From an uncultured Pseudomonadota bacterium (GTDB lineage: Bacteria > Pseudomonadota > Gammaproteobacteria > CAJXQU01), in contig CAJXQU010000004.1 in the NCBI GenBank assembly GCA_913058255.1, positions 95,302 through 159,301 of the forward strand: DNA of 64,000 bases, written 5' to 3'. Below are positions 1 to 11,330 of the stretch, piece by piece. The notes under the pieces were generated by a model that worked only from the letters and a program-made list of their open reading frames with translations, was not told the origin of the DNA and ran no database searches. Position numbers and translations under genes: made by a program. Numbering within the stretch: position 1 is the first letter of the stretch; each line of letters opens with the position of its first letter.

Positions 1-480
<480 letters not shown>

Positions 481-579
481 GTTATTTCCTCTTTACTTTT
501 AGTGTCGTTGCGGTTGAAAACCACATGTTCAATGCGTTAAATCAGTTCAAGGAACGATAACATATTTTTGTCTAAGATT

Positions 580-1773
580 TTATCTACTTGCGGACTTGAT
601 CTCCATCGGAATACTGATTACGAACCAGATCATAATAAAAATGGCGTTAATCAGAAAGACACTACCTATGCCTGTTTTGCCGTATAACCAACCACCTAAG
701 GTACCACCGATAAAGGCACCAAAAAACTGCGAGGTGGAATAGACACCCAATGCAGCACCTTTGCGTTCTGCGGGGGCTGCTCTTGAAACTAATGAGGGTA
801 GGGCAGCTTCCAAATAATTAAATGCCGTGAAGAATGCTAGCATCATTAGTGATAGCCAAAGGGTTGAGTCATAGCCTAGCCATAAGCCTGTTTCAGCAAT
901 GGCAAGTAAGGCTACAGCGCCCATGAATACTTGTTTGGCTAGGTTGCGAGTTTCTGCCAAGCGTATAAACGGTACCATGAAGGCGATCGAAAGCAGCATG
1001 ACGGGTAGGTATGATTTCCAGTGTTGTTCCGGCGCGAGTCCCGCGTGATCACGTAAGGCGAGTGGCAGCACGACAAAGCTAGCGGTGAGAACTAAATGTA
1101 AAATGAGGATGCTGATATCTAGTCTTAATAGGCTTGGATTTTTCAATACTGAGATAAAGCTTTGTTCTTTAGAAGCGTAGCTAATTTGAGCTGCTTCGGA
1201 AGGTTGTGGAACCCAGTAGAAAAGTACAAATATAGCAAGGAAACCAAGTGTGGCAGCTGCCCAGAATAATCCATCAAGTCCCAGCCAGATGTTCAGCACA
1301 GGCCCCGCGATAAAGGCGAGCGTAAAAGCGACACCAATACTGATGCCGATAATCGCCATTGCTTTGGTACGTTGGCTTTCACGAGTGAGATCAGTTGCGA
1401 GCGCCATTATTGAGGCGGCGATAGCGCCAGCACCTTGCAAAGCACGACCTAGAATTAAGATGTAAATATTGTCTGATAAAGCAGCGATGATGCTACCGAC
1501 GGCAAAAATTAAGAGTCCCATAGCGATGACGGGCTTGCGGCCGATACGATCAGAGAACATACCGAAAGGAATTTGCAGCAAAGCCTGTGTCAGTCCATAG
1601 ATGCCGATTGCCAGTCCTATCAGAATGGGTGTTGCGCCGATCATATCTTCCGTATAAAGGGAAAGTACGGGCAAAATCATAAAGAGGCCGAACATACGTA
1701 GAAAGAAGATCAGTGCCAGTGATGCGGCTGATCGTCGTTCTAAGGATGTCATTTTTTTTTGGTTTTCAGTCAT
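580..1773 (-). CDS. MFS-family transporter (12-TM; substrate unknown)
   Basis: 397-aa ORF that is hydrophobic throughout, with an MFS-like GRK/R loop motif (FSDRIGRKPV). It sits between ssb and uvrA, transcribed divergently from uvrA. Confidence 0.7.
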   Translation of the reverse strand: MTENQKKMTSLERRSAASLALIFFLRMFGLFMILPVLSLYTEDMIGATPILIGLAIGIYGLTQALLQIPFGMFSDRIGRKPVIAMGLLIFAVGSIIAALSDNIYILILGRALQGAGAIAASIMALATDLTRESQRTKAMAIIGISIGVAFTLAFIAGPVLNIWLGLDGLFWAAATLGFLAIFVLFYWVPQPSEAAQISYASKEQSFISVLKNPSLLRLDISILILHLVLTASFVVLPLALRDHAGLAPEQHWKSYLPVMLLSIAFMVPFIRLAETRNLAKQVFMGAVALLAIAETGLWLGYDSTLWLSLMMLAFFTAFNYLEAALPSLVSRAAPAERKGAALGVYSTSQFFGAFIGGTLGGWLYGKTGIGSVFLINAIFIMIWFVISIPMEIKSASR

Positions 1774-1848
1774 GAAGCGTTATTACAGAACATCTAAGTG
1801 GAAAATCGCGTATATTAGCAGGTTGCTTCTCATTCATCACAAACAAAT

Positions 1849-4677
1849 ATGGATAAAATTCAAATTCGTGGCGCTCGGACTCATAACCTCAAAGGTGTTG
1901 ATCTCGATCTACCGCGTAATAAACTCATCGTAATTACTGGACTTTCTGGTTCGGGCAAGTCTTCTTTAGCTTTCGATACCATTTATGCGGAAGGCCAGCG
2001 ACGTTATGTCGAATCATTGTCTTCTTATGCACGGCAGTTTTTGTCGATTATGGAAAAGCCCGATGTTGATCTGATTGAGGGACTTTCTCCAGCGATTTCG
2101 ATTGAACAAAAGTCGACCTCACATAACCCTCGCTCGACAGTGGGGACCATCACAGAGATCTACGATTATTTGCGATTACTGTTCGCACGTGTTGGTGAAC
2201 CGCGTTGTCCTGATCACGACACCATATTAGAAGCGCAAACTATCAGCCAGATGGTTGATCAGGTTTTGGAATTGCCCGAAGGCAGTAAGTTGATGTTATT
2301 AGCACCGTTGGTGCAAGGCCGTAAAGGTGAGCACGTTCAGCTTTTAGAAAGCTTGCGTCGTGAAGGTTACATTCGTGCGCGGATCAATGGCGTAGTCGTG
2401 AACTTGGATGAAGCGCCAGAATTAGATCTCTACAAAAAACATGATATCGAAGCGGTAGTCGATCGGTTTAAGGTTCGGGACGATATGAAGCTGCGTTTAG
2501 CGGAATCATTCGAAACGACGCTGGCCTTGACCGATGGAACCGCTAAGGTCGCGTGGATGGATGAAGACAAGCCGGATATTATTTTTTCTGCACTGTTTGC
2601 TTGCCCACATTGTGGTTATAGCATTAGTGAATTAGAGCCACGGATCTTTTCGTTTAATAATCCCGCAGGGGCCTGTCAGGATTGTGATGGCTTGGGCGTG
2701 ATGCAGTTTTTTGATCCTGATCGTGTCGTTCAACACCCTGAATTATCGATGCCCGGTGGTGCTATTCGTGGTTGGGATCGTCGCACGGTTTATTATTTTC
2801 AGTTGATCTGTGCATTGGCAAAACATTATAAATTTGATGTTGATATTCCGTTCCAAGATCTGTCTGAAAAAATCCAAAAAATTATTTTATTTGGTAGTGG
2901 TGAGACTGAAATATCATTTGAATATATCGATTCCAAAGGTGGAAAACGTAAGAGAAAACACCCATTTGAAGGTGTCGTTAATAATCTCCAGCGTCGTTAT
3001 CGAGAAACAGACTCCAGCGCGATCCGTGACGATCTGGCAAAGTTTTTAGTTTCAAAACCATGTTCCAGTTGTAATGGCCAACGCTTAGGTGTTGCGGCGC
3101 GAAATGTCTTTGTCGAAAAGAGAAACCTGCCGGAAATCTCAGATATGTCGATTGGAACAGCACAGTTATTTTTTGATAGCCTGAAGCTAAAAGGTAAACG
3201 TGGCGAAATTGCCGAGAAGATCCTTAAAGAAGTCTCTCAGCGTCTGAGCTTTTTGGTCAATGTAGGCTTGGATTATTTAACCTTGTCGCGTAGTGCAGAA
3301 TCACTATCCGGTGGTGAAGCGCAGCGGATCAGGTTGGCTAGTCAGATCGGTGCTGGTCTGGTCGGGGTTATGTATGTGTTAGATGAACCTTCGATAGGAT
3401 TACATCAGCGTGACAATCAACGATTGTTGGAAACCTTGTATCACCTACGTGATTTGGGTAATACGGTCATCGTCGTCGAACATGATGAGGAAGCGATTCG
3501 TGCAGCGGATCATGTGATTGATATTGGTCCCGGTGCTGGCGTACATGGTGGCGAAATAGTTGCTCAAGGTAGCACGAAAGATGTTGAAACGAGTCCGCGT
3601 TCTCTGACCGGCAAGTATATGTCGGGTGAGTTAAAGATTGAGGTGCCGGAACAACGTCATCAAGCCGATCCTGAACGCATGTTGCGCGTGATCGGTGCGA
3701 CCGGTAATAATCTGAATAACGTCACGATGGAAATCCCCATGGGTCTGATGACCTGTATCACGGGTGTTTCTGGCTCAGGTAAATCAACCCTGATCAATGA
3801 CACGCTTTATAAGGTTGCCGCACATGAATTAAATCGCGCAAACACCGATCCTGCGCCTCATGAAAGAATCGAAGGTTTGGATCAGTTTGATAAGGTGGTT
3901 GATATTGATCAAAGCCCTATTGGCCGTACGCCACGCTCGAACCCAGCAACTTACACGGGTATTTTCACACCAGTCCGTGAGTTATTTGCCGCAACGCATG
4001 AGGCTCGATCACGCGGTTATAAGGCGGGCCGGTTTAGTTTTAACGTCAAAGGCGGTCGTTGTGAAGCCTGTCAGGGTGATGGTGTGATCAAGGTTGAAAT
4101 GCATTTTCTGCCAGACGTTTATGTCCCTTGTGATGTTTGCAAAGGTAAGCGATATAACCGTGAAACGTTAGAGATCAGATACAAAGGTAAGAACATCAGT
4201 GACGTGTTGGATATGACGGTCGAAGAAGGGCGCGAGTTTTTTGATCCTGTACCGATGATCAAAACTAAATTACAAACCCTCATCGATGTTGGTCTTACTT
4301 ATATTAAGCTTGGCCAAAACGCGACAACGCTGTCTGGAGGTGAAGCGCAACGGGTGAAACTTTCACGTGAGTTATCTAAACGTGATACAGGTAACACCTT
4401 GTATATTCTCGATGAACCAACAACGGGTCTACACTTTCATGACACGGAACAATTACTGCAGGTTCTACATCGCTTACGTGATCATGGTAATACTGTCATC
4501 GTTATCGAGCATAATTTAGACGTGATCAAAACAGCGGATTGGATTGTCGACCTAGGCCCAGAGGGCGGAAGCGGCGGTGGTGAGATCTTGATCTCAGGCT
4601 CGCCTGAAGAAGTAGCGTTACACAAAGGATCGCATACCGCGACGTATTTAGCACCCTTGTTGGGTATAAGTCGATAA
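1849..4677 (+). CDS. uvrA: Excinuclease ABC subunit A
   Basis: 942 aa with two ABC ATPase modules ([10 protein letters not shown] and [10 protein letters not shown] Walker A; LSGGEAQR signature twice) and CxxC zinc-finger pairs. The divergent ssb/uvrA neighbourhood is classic. Confidence 0.97.
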   Translation: MDKIQIRGARTHNLKGVDLDLPRNKLIVITGLSGSGKSSLAFDTIYAEGQRRYVESLSSYARQFLSIMEKPDVDLIEGLSPAISIEQKSTSHNPRSTVGTITEIYDYLRLLFARVGEPRCPDHDTILEAQTISQMVDQVLELPEGSKLMLLAPLVQGRKGEHVQLLESLRREGYIRARINGVVVNLDEAPELDLYKKHDIEAVVDRFKVRDDMKLRLAESFETTLALTDGTAKVAWMDEDKPDIIFSALFACPHCGYSISELEPRIFSFNNPAGACQDCDGLGVMQFFDPDRVVQHPELSMPGGAIRGWDRRTVYYFQLICALAKHYKFDVDIPFQDLSEKIQKIILFGSGETEISFEYIDSKGGKRKRKHPFEGVVNNLQRRYRETDSSAIRDDLAKFLVSKPCSSCNGQRLGVAARNVFVEKRNLPEISDMSIGTAQLFFDSLKLKGKRGEIAEKILKEVSQRLSFLVNVGLDYLTLSRSAESLSGGEAQRIRLASQIGAGLVGVMYVLDEPSIGLHQRDNQRLLETLYHLRDLGNTVIVVEHDEEAIRAADHVIDIGPGAGVHGGEIVAQGSTKDVETSPRSLTGKYMSGELKIEVPEQRHQADPERMLRVIGATGNNLNNVTMEIPMGLMTCITGVSGSGKSTLINDTLYKVAAHELNRANTDPAPHERIEGLDQFDKVVDIDQSPIGRTPRSNPATYTGIFTPVRELFAATHEARSRGYKAGRFSFNVKGGRCEACQGDGVIKVEMHFLPDVYVPCDVCKGKRYNRETLEIRYKGKNISDVLDMTVEEGREFFDPVPMIKTKLQTLIDVGLTYIKLGQNATTLSGGEAQRVKLSRELSKRDTGNTLYILDEPTTGLHFHDTEQLLQVLHRLRDHGNTVIVIEHNLDVIKTADWIVDLGPEGGSGGGEILISGSPEEVALHKGSHTATYLAPLLGISR

Positions 4678-4820
4678 AGACTCAGCGAGTATAGATAATA
4701 ATCTAAGGTTTGAAGTGGAAATTACTTCATCCTTAGACGGAGATAAAGATTGCGGTAGCCCCCCAGTTTTTGCGATACTCTCCAACCAAAAACTAATCAA
4801 GACACATTGAGGAATTTTAT

Positions 4821-5753
4821 ATGTCAGTACTGATCTGTGGCTCACTCGCCTACGATAATATTATGGTGTTTCCGGATAAATTCAAAAATCATATATTGCC
4901 GGACAAGATCCATATGTTGAATGTTTCATTCCTCGTTCCAGATATGCGTCGGGAATTCGGAGGATGTGCGGGAAATATAGCTTACAATTTGAATTTGTTA
5001 GGTGAGGCTCCTGTGTTGATGGCCACCGCAGGTAGTGATTTCGCACCTTATGCAGCATGGATGGATGCGTGCGGAATTCGTCGTGAAAATATTACGATCA
5101 TTGATGACCAGTTCACGGCACAGGCGTTTATTACAACCGATCTAGACGATAATCAGATCACCGCTTTTCACCCGGGTGCGATGAATATGGCACACGTCAA
5201 TAAGACCGAAGATGGTGGCGAGGTTGTGCTTGGTATTGTTTCTCCAGATGGGCGTGATGGCATGATCCAACACGCAGAACAGTTGGCGGAAGGTGAAGTG
5301 CCTTTTATCTTTGACCCAGGTCAAGGTTTGCCGATGTTTGATGGCGATGATTTGAAAAAATTCATCGGGCAAGCAACTTGGGTAACCGTCAATGACTATG
5401 AATGGGAAATGATGCAAGAGCGCACAGGTTGGTCTGTCGAAGACGTAACCGAACGCGTAGAAGCGTTGATCGTCACAAAAGGTGGTGAAGGTTCGACTAT
5501 TTATTGTCGCGGCAATACGATTGAAATCCCATCGGCAAAACCCGTTCAAATTAATGATCCGACCGGTTGTGGTGATGCCTATCGTGCCGGTCTTTTGTAT
5601 GGCTTGCGGAACAACCTCGGTTGGGAAGTGACTGGCCGCATTGCATCATTGATTGGTGCTATCAAAATTGAACAACATGGCACGCAGAATCATCAGTTTA
5701 CTAAGCCAGAATTCAAGGCTCGTTATGAGAAAGAGTTTGGTAGCTCGTTTTAA
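4821..5753 (+). CDS. PfkB-family carbohydrate/nucleoside kinase
   Basis: 310 aa with a PfkB C-terminal signature (DPTGCGDAYRAG) and an N-terminal GG-containing sugar-binding region. The substrate cannot be determined from the sequence. Confidence 0.7.
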   Translation: MSVLICGSLAYDNIMVFPDKFKNHILPDKIHMLNVSFLVPDMRREFGGCAGNIAYNLNLLGEAPVLMATAGSDFAPYAAWMDACGIRRENITIIDDQFTAQAFITTDLDDNQITAFHPGAMNMAHVNKTEDGGEVVLGIVSPDGRDGMIQHAEQLAEGEVPFIFDPGQGLPMFDGDDLKKFIGQATWVTVNDYEWEMMQERTGWSVEDVTERVEALIVTKGGEGSTIYCRGNTIEIPSAKPVQINDPTGCGDAYRAGLLYGLRNNLGWEVTGRIASLIGAIKIEQHGTQNHQFTKPEFKARYEKEFGSSF

Positions 5754-5777
5754 GGACGTTAGAGTTAAAAATAGAAT

Positions 5778-6725
5778 ATGAAAATTATCCTAGCTAATCC
5801 ACGTGGTTTTTGTGCGGGTGTTGATCGAGCCATCGGAATTGTTGATCGTGCGCTTGAGCTGTTTGGTGCACCTGTTTATGTGCGGCATGAAGTTGTGCAC
5901 AACAAATATGTTGTCGATGGTTTGAAAAACAAAGGCGCAATCTTTGTTGAAGAGCTCGATGAAGTTCCTGACAATACTACGGTTATCTTCAGTGCTCACG
6001 GTGTAGCAAAATCAGTACGGCAAGAAGCTGCAAACCGTAAAGTTCGGGTGTTTGATGCTATTTGTCCATTGGTTACAAAAGTCCATATGGAAGTTAGTAG
6101 TTACCAGAAAGAAGGCCGGGAGTGTATTTTGATCGGGCACGCTGGTCATCCTGAGGTTGAAGGTACATTAGGTCAGTACCAGCGAGATGACGACGAGGGT
6201 GGAATGTATTTGGTTGAGTCGGTCGATGATGCTAAAAACCTACAGGTGAAGAACCCTGACTTTTTAGCTTTCGTCACTCAAACGACCTTGTCTATGGATG
6301 ATACCGCCGAAGTTATTGATGCATTGTGCGAACACTTCCCCAGCATTGATGGCCCGAAAAAAGAAGATATTTGTTATGCGACCCAGAACAGGCAGGATGC
6401 TGTTAAGGATTTAGTAAAAAGATCGGATCTCGTTTTGGTGGTTGGTTCACAAACTAGCTCGAACTCAACTCGTCTGAAAGAGATCGCAGAGAAACAAGGG
6501 ATTCCTTCTTATTTGATCGATGGCGCCGAAGAAATTCAGAAAGAATGGTTAGAGGGCGTTGATACTGTTGGTGTTACCGCTGGGGCATCTGCCCCCGAGA
6601 TTTTAGTTGCCGCTGTCATAGAGCAGCTAAAAGCTTGGGGAGGTACGGCTCCTGAAGAACTTGAAGGGGTTAAGGAAACGATTGTTTTCAGCTTGCCGAA
6701 AGAGTTAAAGGTGGTAACGAAGTAG
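5778..6725 (+). CDS. ispH: 4-hydroxy-3-methylbut-2-enyl diphosphate reductase (IspH/LytB)
   Basis: 315 aa; N-terminus [19 protein letters not shown] with conserved Cys ligands, matching IspH family proteins. Confidence 0.92.
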   Translation: MKIILANPRGFCAGVDRAIGIVDRALELFGAPVYVRHEVVHNKYVVDGLKNKGAIFVEELDEVPDNTTVIFSAHGVAKSVRQEAANRKVRVFDAICPLVTKVHMEVSSYQKEGRECILIGHAGHPEVEGTLGQYQRDDDEGGMYLVESVDDAKNLQVKNPDFLAFVTQTTLSMDDTAEVIDALCEHFPSIDGPKKEDICYATQNRQDAVKDLVKRSDLVLVVGSQTSSNSTRLKEIAEKQGIPSYLIDGAEEIQKEWLEGVDTVGVTAGASAPEILVAAVIEQLKAWGGTAPEELEGVKETIVFSLPKELKVVTK

Positions 6726-6745
6726 ATTTTTCTACGGAACTCTTG

Positions 6746-7171
6746 TTACCAACAGTCTTGATTGGTCGCTGTTTTTCGGCTTGTTGAGGATTGTGTCATT
6801 GTAGCGCAGTGAGTATCAGCAGCTTGGCTATTCTGAGCCGTGACAGTGATTGAGTAGCAAGATGTTATAGGGCAAGTGACTGTTGCTGCGTCGACAGTCA
6901 GGACGTAGTAGTTACTTTCTGAGTTTGCTGGGTTAGCAAAACCGAGATCTGTTACGTTAGTTGTATAGGTATTCGTACTTGAAAAAAATTGTTCTTGCAG
7001 CTGATTTGCACGGGCAAGAAGGTCTTTTCCCTCAAACCGATGAGTCTTTAGAACATGTTGGTTATAAGACGGGTAGGCTATCGCAGCGACTATTCCAATA
7101 ATTGCGACGGTAATCATTAACTCAATAAGTGTGAAGCCTGAAGTTTTTTTCAAGTGTGAATGCTTGTTCAT
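6746..7171 (-). CDS. Type IV pilin (prepilin with class III leader)
   Basis: N-terminus [34 protein letters not shown], a prepilin peptidase cleavage motif (G|FTLIE), plus C-terminal Cys residues forming the disulfide loop. 141 aa. Confidence 0.85.
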   Translation of the reverse strand: MNKHSHLKKTSGFTLIELMITVAIIGIVAAIAYPSYNQHVLKTHRFEGKDLLARANQLQEQFFSSTNTYTTNVTDLGFANPANSESNYYVLTVDAATVTCPITSCYSITVTAQNSQAADTHCATMTQSSTSRKTATNQDCW

Positions 7172-7220
7172 AGGTCGAGTACCTTTCTAATTGTTGTCCA
7201 TACAATAACCATTGTAGACT

Positions 7221-7236
7221 AGCATCTGCTATGCCA
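7221..7236 (-). promoter_or_regulatory. Candidate sigma-54 (-24/-12) promoter for the pilin gene
   Basis: The minus strand reads TGGCATAGCAGATGCT (GG-N10-GC spacing). It lies about 50-65 nt upstream of the pilin ATG. Type IV pilin genes are often RpoN-dependent. Confidence 0.4.
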
Positions 7237-7367
7237 ACTTTTTATGCTCTGTAAGGATACGCTATTTAATGTTTATTACTAACTATTAGTCTTGATCATG
7301 CAATGAATTGATAAATTGTGTTTTATAACCGCTTTTTGAATATTTTATGTAAGTTTAGAGGCTTTTA

Positions 7368-8411
7368 ATGACAACTGATTGTGTCGTAATAGGTGGTGGA
7401 ATTATTGGAGTGATGACTGCCAGAATACTTGCCAAAGCGGGCTTAAAAGTACAGGTTCTCGAAAAACAACAAGTGGGACGAGAGTCATCGTGGGCTGGTG
7501 GTGGTCTTCTTTCTCCTATCTATCCTTGGGATGCTCCTGAAGTTCTATGGCCTCTAATTTCACGTGGAAATGAAGTCTATCCTCAGTTATGTGAAGACTT
7601 GCTGAATGAAACAGGTATTGACCCAGAATATGTTCAGTCTGGGTTATTGAACTTCGATTCGATAGAAACCGATAAACTTTATTATTGGGCGAAAGAAACG
7701 GATACGAGCTACCAGCGAGTTGATCAGAAGCAGCTTACAGAAATTGAAGCGGCCGTGAACCCACTGTACGAATTTGCTACCTGGGTACCTGAAATTGCAC
7801 AAGTTAGAAATCCTCGATTACTCAAGGCATTAAAGAATTCGTTACTTAATAACAAGAAGGTACAGATAAAAGAAGGCATTGAAGTGCAGGCCGTGAATCA
7901 AGTGAAAGAGCGAGTCTCAAGTGTAAAAACCTCCGAAGGAAAGATTAGTTGTCAGTATGTTGTTGTAGCGGCAGGAGCATGGAGTGGAACATTTTTAAAA
8001 GATGAAACAAGGATTCAGCCTGTACGAGGACAAATGCTTCGTATTGAAGCCCCCAAAGGTTTACTGCAAAGGGTTTTGATGTGCGATAGTACTTATCTTA
8101 TTCCACGACAGGATGGGCAGATCTTGATTGGCTCATCTTTGGAGTATGTCGGTTTCGATAAAAGTACCACTGAAGAGGTGGCTAAAAAGCTCTATACGAA
8201 TGCGATTAAAATACTGCCAGAACTACAGAACTTTCCCATTGCTCAACAGTGGGCTGGTCTAAGGCCGGGTTCGGAGAATGGCATTCCTCTCATTGAAGAA
8301 TCCGATGAAGTCAAAGGGCTATTTATTAATAGTGGTCACTTCAGAAATGGTGTTGGACTTGCACCAGCTTCATGTGAAATGCTTGTAGATAAAATGCTTA
8401 GTAGCGAGTAG
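7368..8411 (+). CDS. FAD-dependent oxidoreductase (DAO family; glycine oxidase ThiO-like)
   Basis: N-terminal dinucleotide-binding motif VVIGGGIIGVMTARILAKAG. 347 aa, typical of the DAO/ThiO family. Confidence 0.65.
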   Translation: MTTDCVVIGGGIIGVMTARILAKAGLKVQVLEKQQVGRESSWAGGGLLSPIYPWDAPEVLWPLISRGNEVYPQLCEDLLNETGIDPEYVQSGLLNFDSIETDKLYYWAKETDTSYQRVDQKQLTEIEAAVNPLYEFATWVPEIAQVRNPRLLKALKNSLLNNKKVQIKEGIEVQAVNQVKERVSSVKTSEGKISCQYVVVAAGAWSGTFLKDETRIQPVRGQMLRIEAPKGLLQRVLMCDSTYLIPRQDGQILIGSSLEYVGFDKSTTEEVAKKLYTNAIKILPELQNFPIAQQWAGLRPGSENGIPLIEESDEVKGLFINSGHFRNGVGLAPASCEMLVDKMLSSE

Positions 8412-8424
8412 AAAAGTGTAATAT

Positions 8425-9426
8425 ATGGAACTTACAATCATCGTTGCAGGACAAATAAAACAACCGTTAATAACGGAGATGGATCATCTCGATAGGTTAA
8501 TTTCACGTGGTAATTCTCGAGCATCAAAATCACAAACGACGTTAGAATTCTTATATCAACTTTTTTATACCGAAACAGAAAAACAAAACTATCCTGTTGC
8601 TGCGACCAGTGCATTAGTTGATCTGGATAATGTGAAAAATAAAATTTTCATGCGTGCTGATCCCGTTTTGTTGCATGCCGATCTAGCATCGCTACTACTT
8701 TTTGATAGCCAAAAACTGTCAATAACAAAAGAAGATGTCGATGCGATTTTTTCAAAAATAAATTCTTTCTTAAAAGCAGATAATTTGCGATTGATCTGTG
8801 GCGAAAACTTTTCACGTTGGTATCTAGAATTAGCCGATAATAAAATACCGCAAGAACTTGTAACAACATCACCAAAAGAGGCGAATGGGCAAGATGTAGG
8901 ACCGTTTCTTCCACAAGGCAAGGATAGCGCCTACTGGATCCAACTCAGCAATGAAATTCAAATGTTGTTATATGAAAGCTCTATCAATCAAGAAAGGCAA
9001 TTAAAAGGTGAAGCACCTATCAATAGTGTTTGGTTTTGGGGGCAAGGGCAATGTTTGAAGCAAAATAGCATCTCGATTAAAGATGAATTTGACGGCATAC
9101 TTTCTAATGATGTAAATGCGGAAGGATTAGCAAAATTGGCGGATATCGCGCATGAGAATATTCCTATGGACTTTGAACGTTGGTTAGCAAAAGAAGGCAA
9201 AGGAAAAAAGGTTTTAATGGTTCTTTCCGATGGCGATCTTGCTGTTTCTGAGCCAGAAAACTATATTAGCTGGCTTGTTGATCAAGATAACAAAATATTT
9301 AAACCCGCCTTAACAAATCTCAAAAAAGGCAGACTTAAAAAGCTAGAGGTTAAAGCCGACGATCAACACTTTATTGTTAAATGGCACCACCTTTATCGCT
9401 TTTGGCGTAAAGTAAAAGCAGCATAG
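8425..9426 (+). CDS. Hypothetical protein (333 aa), immediately upstream of recJ
   Basis: Long ORF with good coding-like composition and no recognisable catalytic motif beyond a WFWGQG segment. It ends 5 nt before the recJ start. Confidence 0.5.
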   Translation: MELTIIVAGQIKQPLITEMDHLDRLISRGNSRASKSQTTLEFLYQLFYTETEKQNYPVAATSALVDLDNVKNKIFMRADPVLLHADLASLLLFDSQKLSITKEDVDAIFSKINSFLKADNLRLICGENFSRWYLELADNKIPQELVTTSPKEANGQDVGPFLPQGKDSAYWIQLSNEIQMLLYESSINQERQLKGEAPINSVWFWGQGQCLKQNSISIKDEFDGILSNDVNAEGLAKLADIAHENIPMDFERWLAKEGKGKKVLMVLSDGDLAVSEPENYISWLVDQDNKIFKPALTNLKKGRLKKLEVKADDQHFIVKWHHLYRFWRKVKAA

Positions 9427-9431
9427 AAAAA

Positions 9432-11165
9432 ATGTCGATCAAAATCATTAGACGCAAAGTCGAAAAGAAAAATAATCAATCCGAAATTTTCAACAACATG
9501 CACCCAGTGTTACAACGGGTTTATGCGGCGAGGAATGTCCACGATGAAAAAGAATTAGACTATTCTTTATCGGGATTAATTGATTATAAAGAGCTTACTG
9601 GAATTGATACGGCACTTGATTTGCTCGTCGATGCCATTGAGAAACAACAACGAATGTTGATCGTGGCAGATTTTGATGCCGATGGAGCTACCAGTTGCGC
9701 GGTTGCTGTGCGAGGTTTGCGTGCCATGGGGGCGACAGATGTTTGTTATGTCGTACCGAATCGTTTTGAATATGGTTATGGCCTAACGCCTGAAATTGTC
9801 GCTGTGGCAGCCGAGCAATCACCGGATCTTATTATTACGGTGGATAATGGCATCGCCAGTAATGAGGGTGTCGCGGCGGCTAAAAAACTCGGCATTAATG
9901 TTTTAATTACTGACCACCATCTACCAGGAAAGACATTGCCGGATGCTGACGCGATCGTAAATCCGAACCAACCGGATGATAACTTCCCAAGTAAATCGTT
10001 AGCCGGTGTCGGGGTTATGTTTTATGTGTTGATGGCATTACGAGCTCGTTTACGAAAGAACCACTATTTTGAAGGCAAAGGACTTACGGTACCCAATCTT
10101 GCTCAGTTACTCGATTTGGTTGCATTAGGTACGGTCGCAGATGTTGTGCCACTTGATCGAAACAACCGTATTCTGGTTTCCCAAGGATTGGCAAGAATGA
10201 GGAAAGGGGTATGTTGTGAAGGCATAAAGGCCATCGCTGAGGTTGCAAAGCGTGAACTATTTAAGCTTTCATCTACCGATCTGGGTTTCGCTATTGGGCC
10301 ACGGTTAAATGCGGCAGGTCGTTTAGATGATATGTCCTTAGGCATAGAGTGTTTACTTTGTGATGATCAACAAGAAGCTAGAAGACTGGCATCTGAGCTA
10401 GATCAGCTAAACCGAGAGCGAAAAGAAATTGGTGATCTGATGCTCACAGAAGCCACTCAAATCCTAGATTCTCTTGATCTGGAATCTTCTGAAATGCCTT
10501 TTGGTCTTTGTCTTTATGACCCCGCGTGGCATCAAGGAGTGATAGGTATTTTAGCATCACGCATAAAAGAGCAGAAATTCCGTCCCGTGATTGTTTTTGC
10601 TGAAGCAGATGCAGGAGAAGTCAAAGGATCGGCTCGTTCCGTAAAGGGTGTTCATATCCGCGATGTATTGGATGCTGTCGCGACGAAAAATCCTGGTGTT
10701 ATCAATAAGTTCGGTGGTCATGCTATGGCTGCTGGCTTATCTTTACCGCTTACAAGGCTTGATGATTTTATCCAAGCATTTGATCAAGAAGTGCGTCAGC
10801 ATTTAACATCAGAAGACTTACGTGGTGTGTTGGTGAGTGATGGAGCGTTAAATTCATCTGATATTAATGCCGAGCTTGCTGAAGAGTTACGATACGCCGG
10901 ACCTTGGGGGCAAACCTTCCCAGAACCATTATTTGATGGGGTTTTTGAGTTAGAGAATGCTCGGATCGTTGGTGACAAGCATTTAAAGCTATTATTGCGT
11001 AGCCCTGATAGCGACCAATTGATTGATGCCATCGCATTTTTTACTACCAATGAGGATTGGCCAGAAAATGTTCATCAAGTTGAGCTAGTTTATCAACTTG
11101 ATCTGAATGAATTTCGTGGTAATCGCAATCCACAACTACTCGTTAAACACATCTTACCGAGCTAG
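9432..11165 (+). CDS. recJ: Single-stranded-DNA-specific exonuclease RecJ
   Basis: 577 aa with DHH phosphoesterase motifs (ADFDADGATSCA, ITDHH) and a DHHA1 domain. Confidence 0.93.
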   Translation: MSIKIIRRKVEKKNNQSEIFNNMHPVLQRVYAARNVHDEKELDYSLSGLIDYKELTGIDTALDLLVDAIEKQQRMLIVADFDADGATSCAVAVRGLRAMGATDVCYVVPNRFEYGYGLTPEIVAVAAEQSPDLIITVDNGIASNEGVAAAKKLGINVLITDHHLPGKTLPDADAIVNPNQPDDNFPSKSLAGVGVMFYVLMALRARLRKNHYFEGKGLTVPNLAQLLDLVALGTVADVVPLDRNNRILVSQGLARMRKGVCCEGIKAIAEVAKRELFKLSSTDLGFAIGPRLNAAGRLDDMSLGIECLLCDDQQEARRLASELDQLNRERKEIGDLMLTEATQILDSLDLESSEMPFGLCLYDPAWHQGVIGILASRIKEQKFRPVIVFAEADAGEVKGSARSVKGVHIRDVLDAVATKNPGVINKFGGHAMAAGLSLPLTRLDDFIQAFDQEVRQHLTSEDLRGVLVSDGALNSSDINAELAEELRYAGPWGQTFPEPLFDGVFELENARIVGDKHLKLLLRSPDSDQLIDAIAFFTTNEDWPENVHQVELVYQLDLNEFRGNRNPQLLVKHILPS

Positions 11166-11330
11166 TTCAATTCACTCAAAAATGCAGCGTTGCATAAACT
11201 ATCGTAATGACTGCTCTCCATAGGCTTCTAAGCCTAAACTTATTGTCTTTCCAGCCGCTAATCTCTTGAGAAGTTGACCAGTAGAATCCTTGGTCAATAT
11301 TAATTGAATTAGTAGAGGGATCGTGGACGA

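Noticed and set aside
1774-1848. Expected LexA/SOS box (CTGT-N8-ACAG) upstream of uvrA, and in 29976-30083 upstream of nadK-recN
   Set aside because: No CTGT-N8-ACAG-like palindrome is present in either region. SOS boxes of this organism may follow a different consensus or be absent. Not called.
5142-5549. Antisense ORFs embedded in large genes (examples: 5142-5549, 17671-18093, 35286-35597, 2810-3049, 28032-28349)
   Set aside because: They overlap well-supported genes (PfkB kinase, MCP, dapB, uvrA, recN) on the opposite strand or in other frames. They have no motifs or start-site context and are probably spurious.
7172-7367. Possible TPP riboswitch ahead of the ThiO-like FAD oxidoreductase
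   Set aside because: No CUGAGA / ACCUGAUCUGGAUAAUGCCAGCG-like conserved cores are present. The region instead carries a sigma-54-like pilin promoter on the opposite strand.
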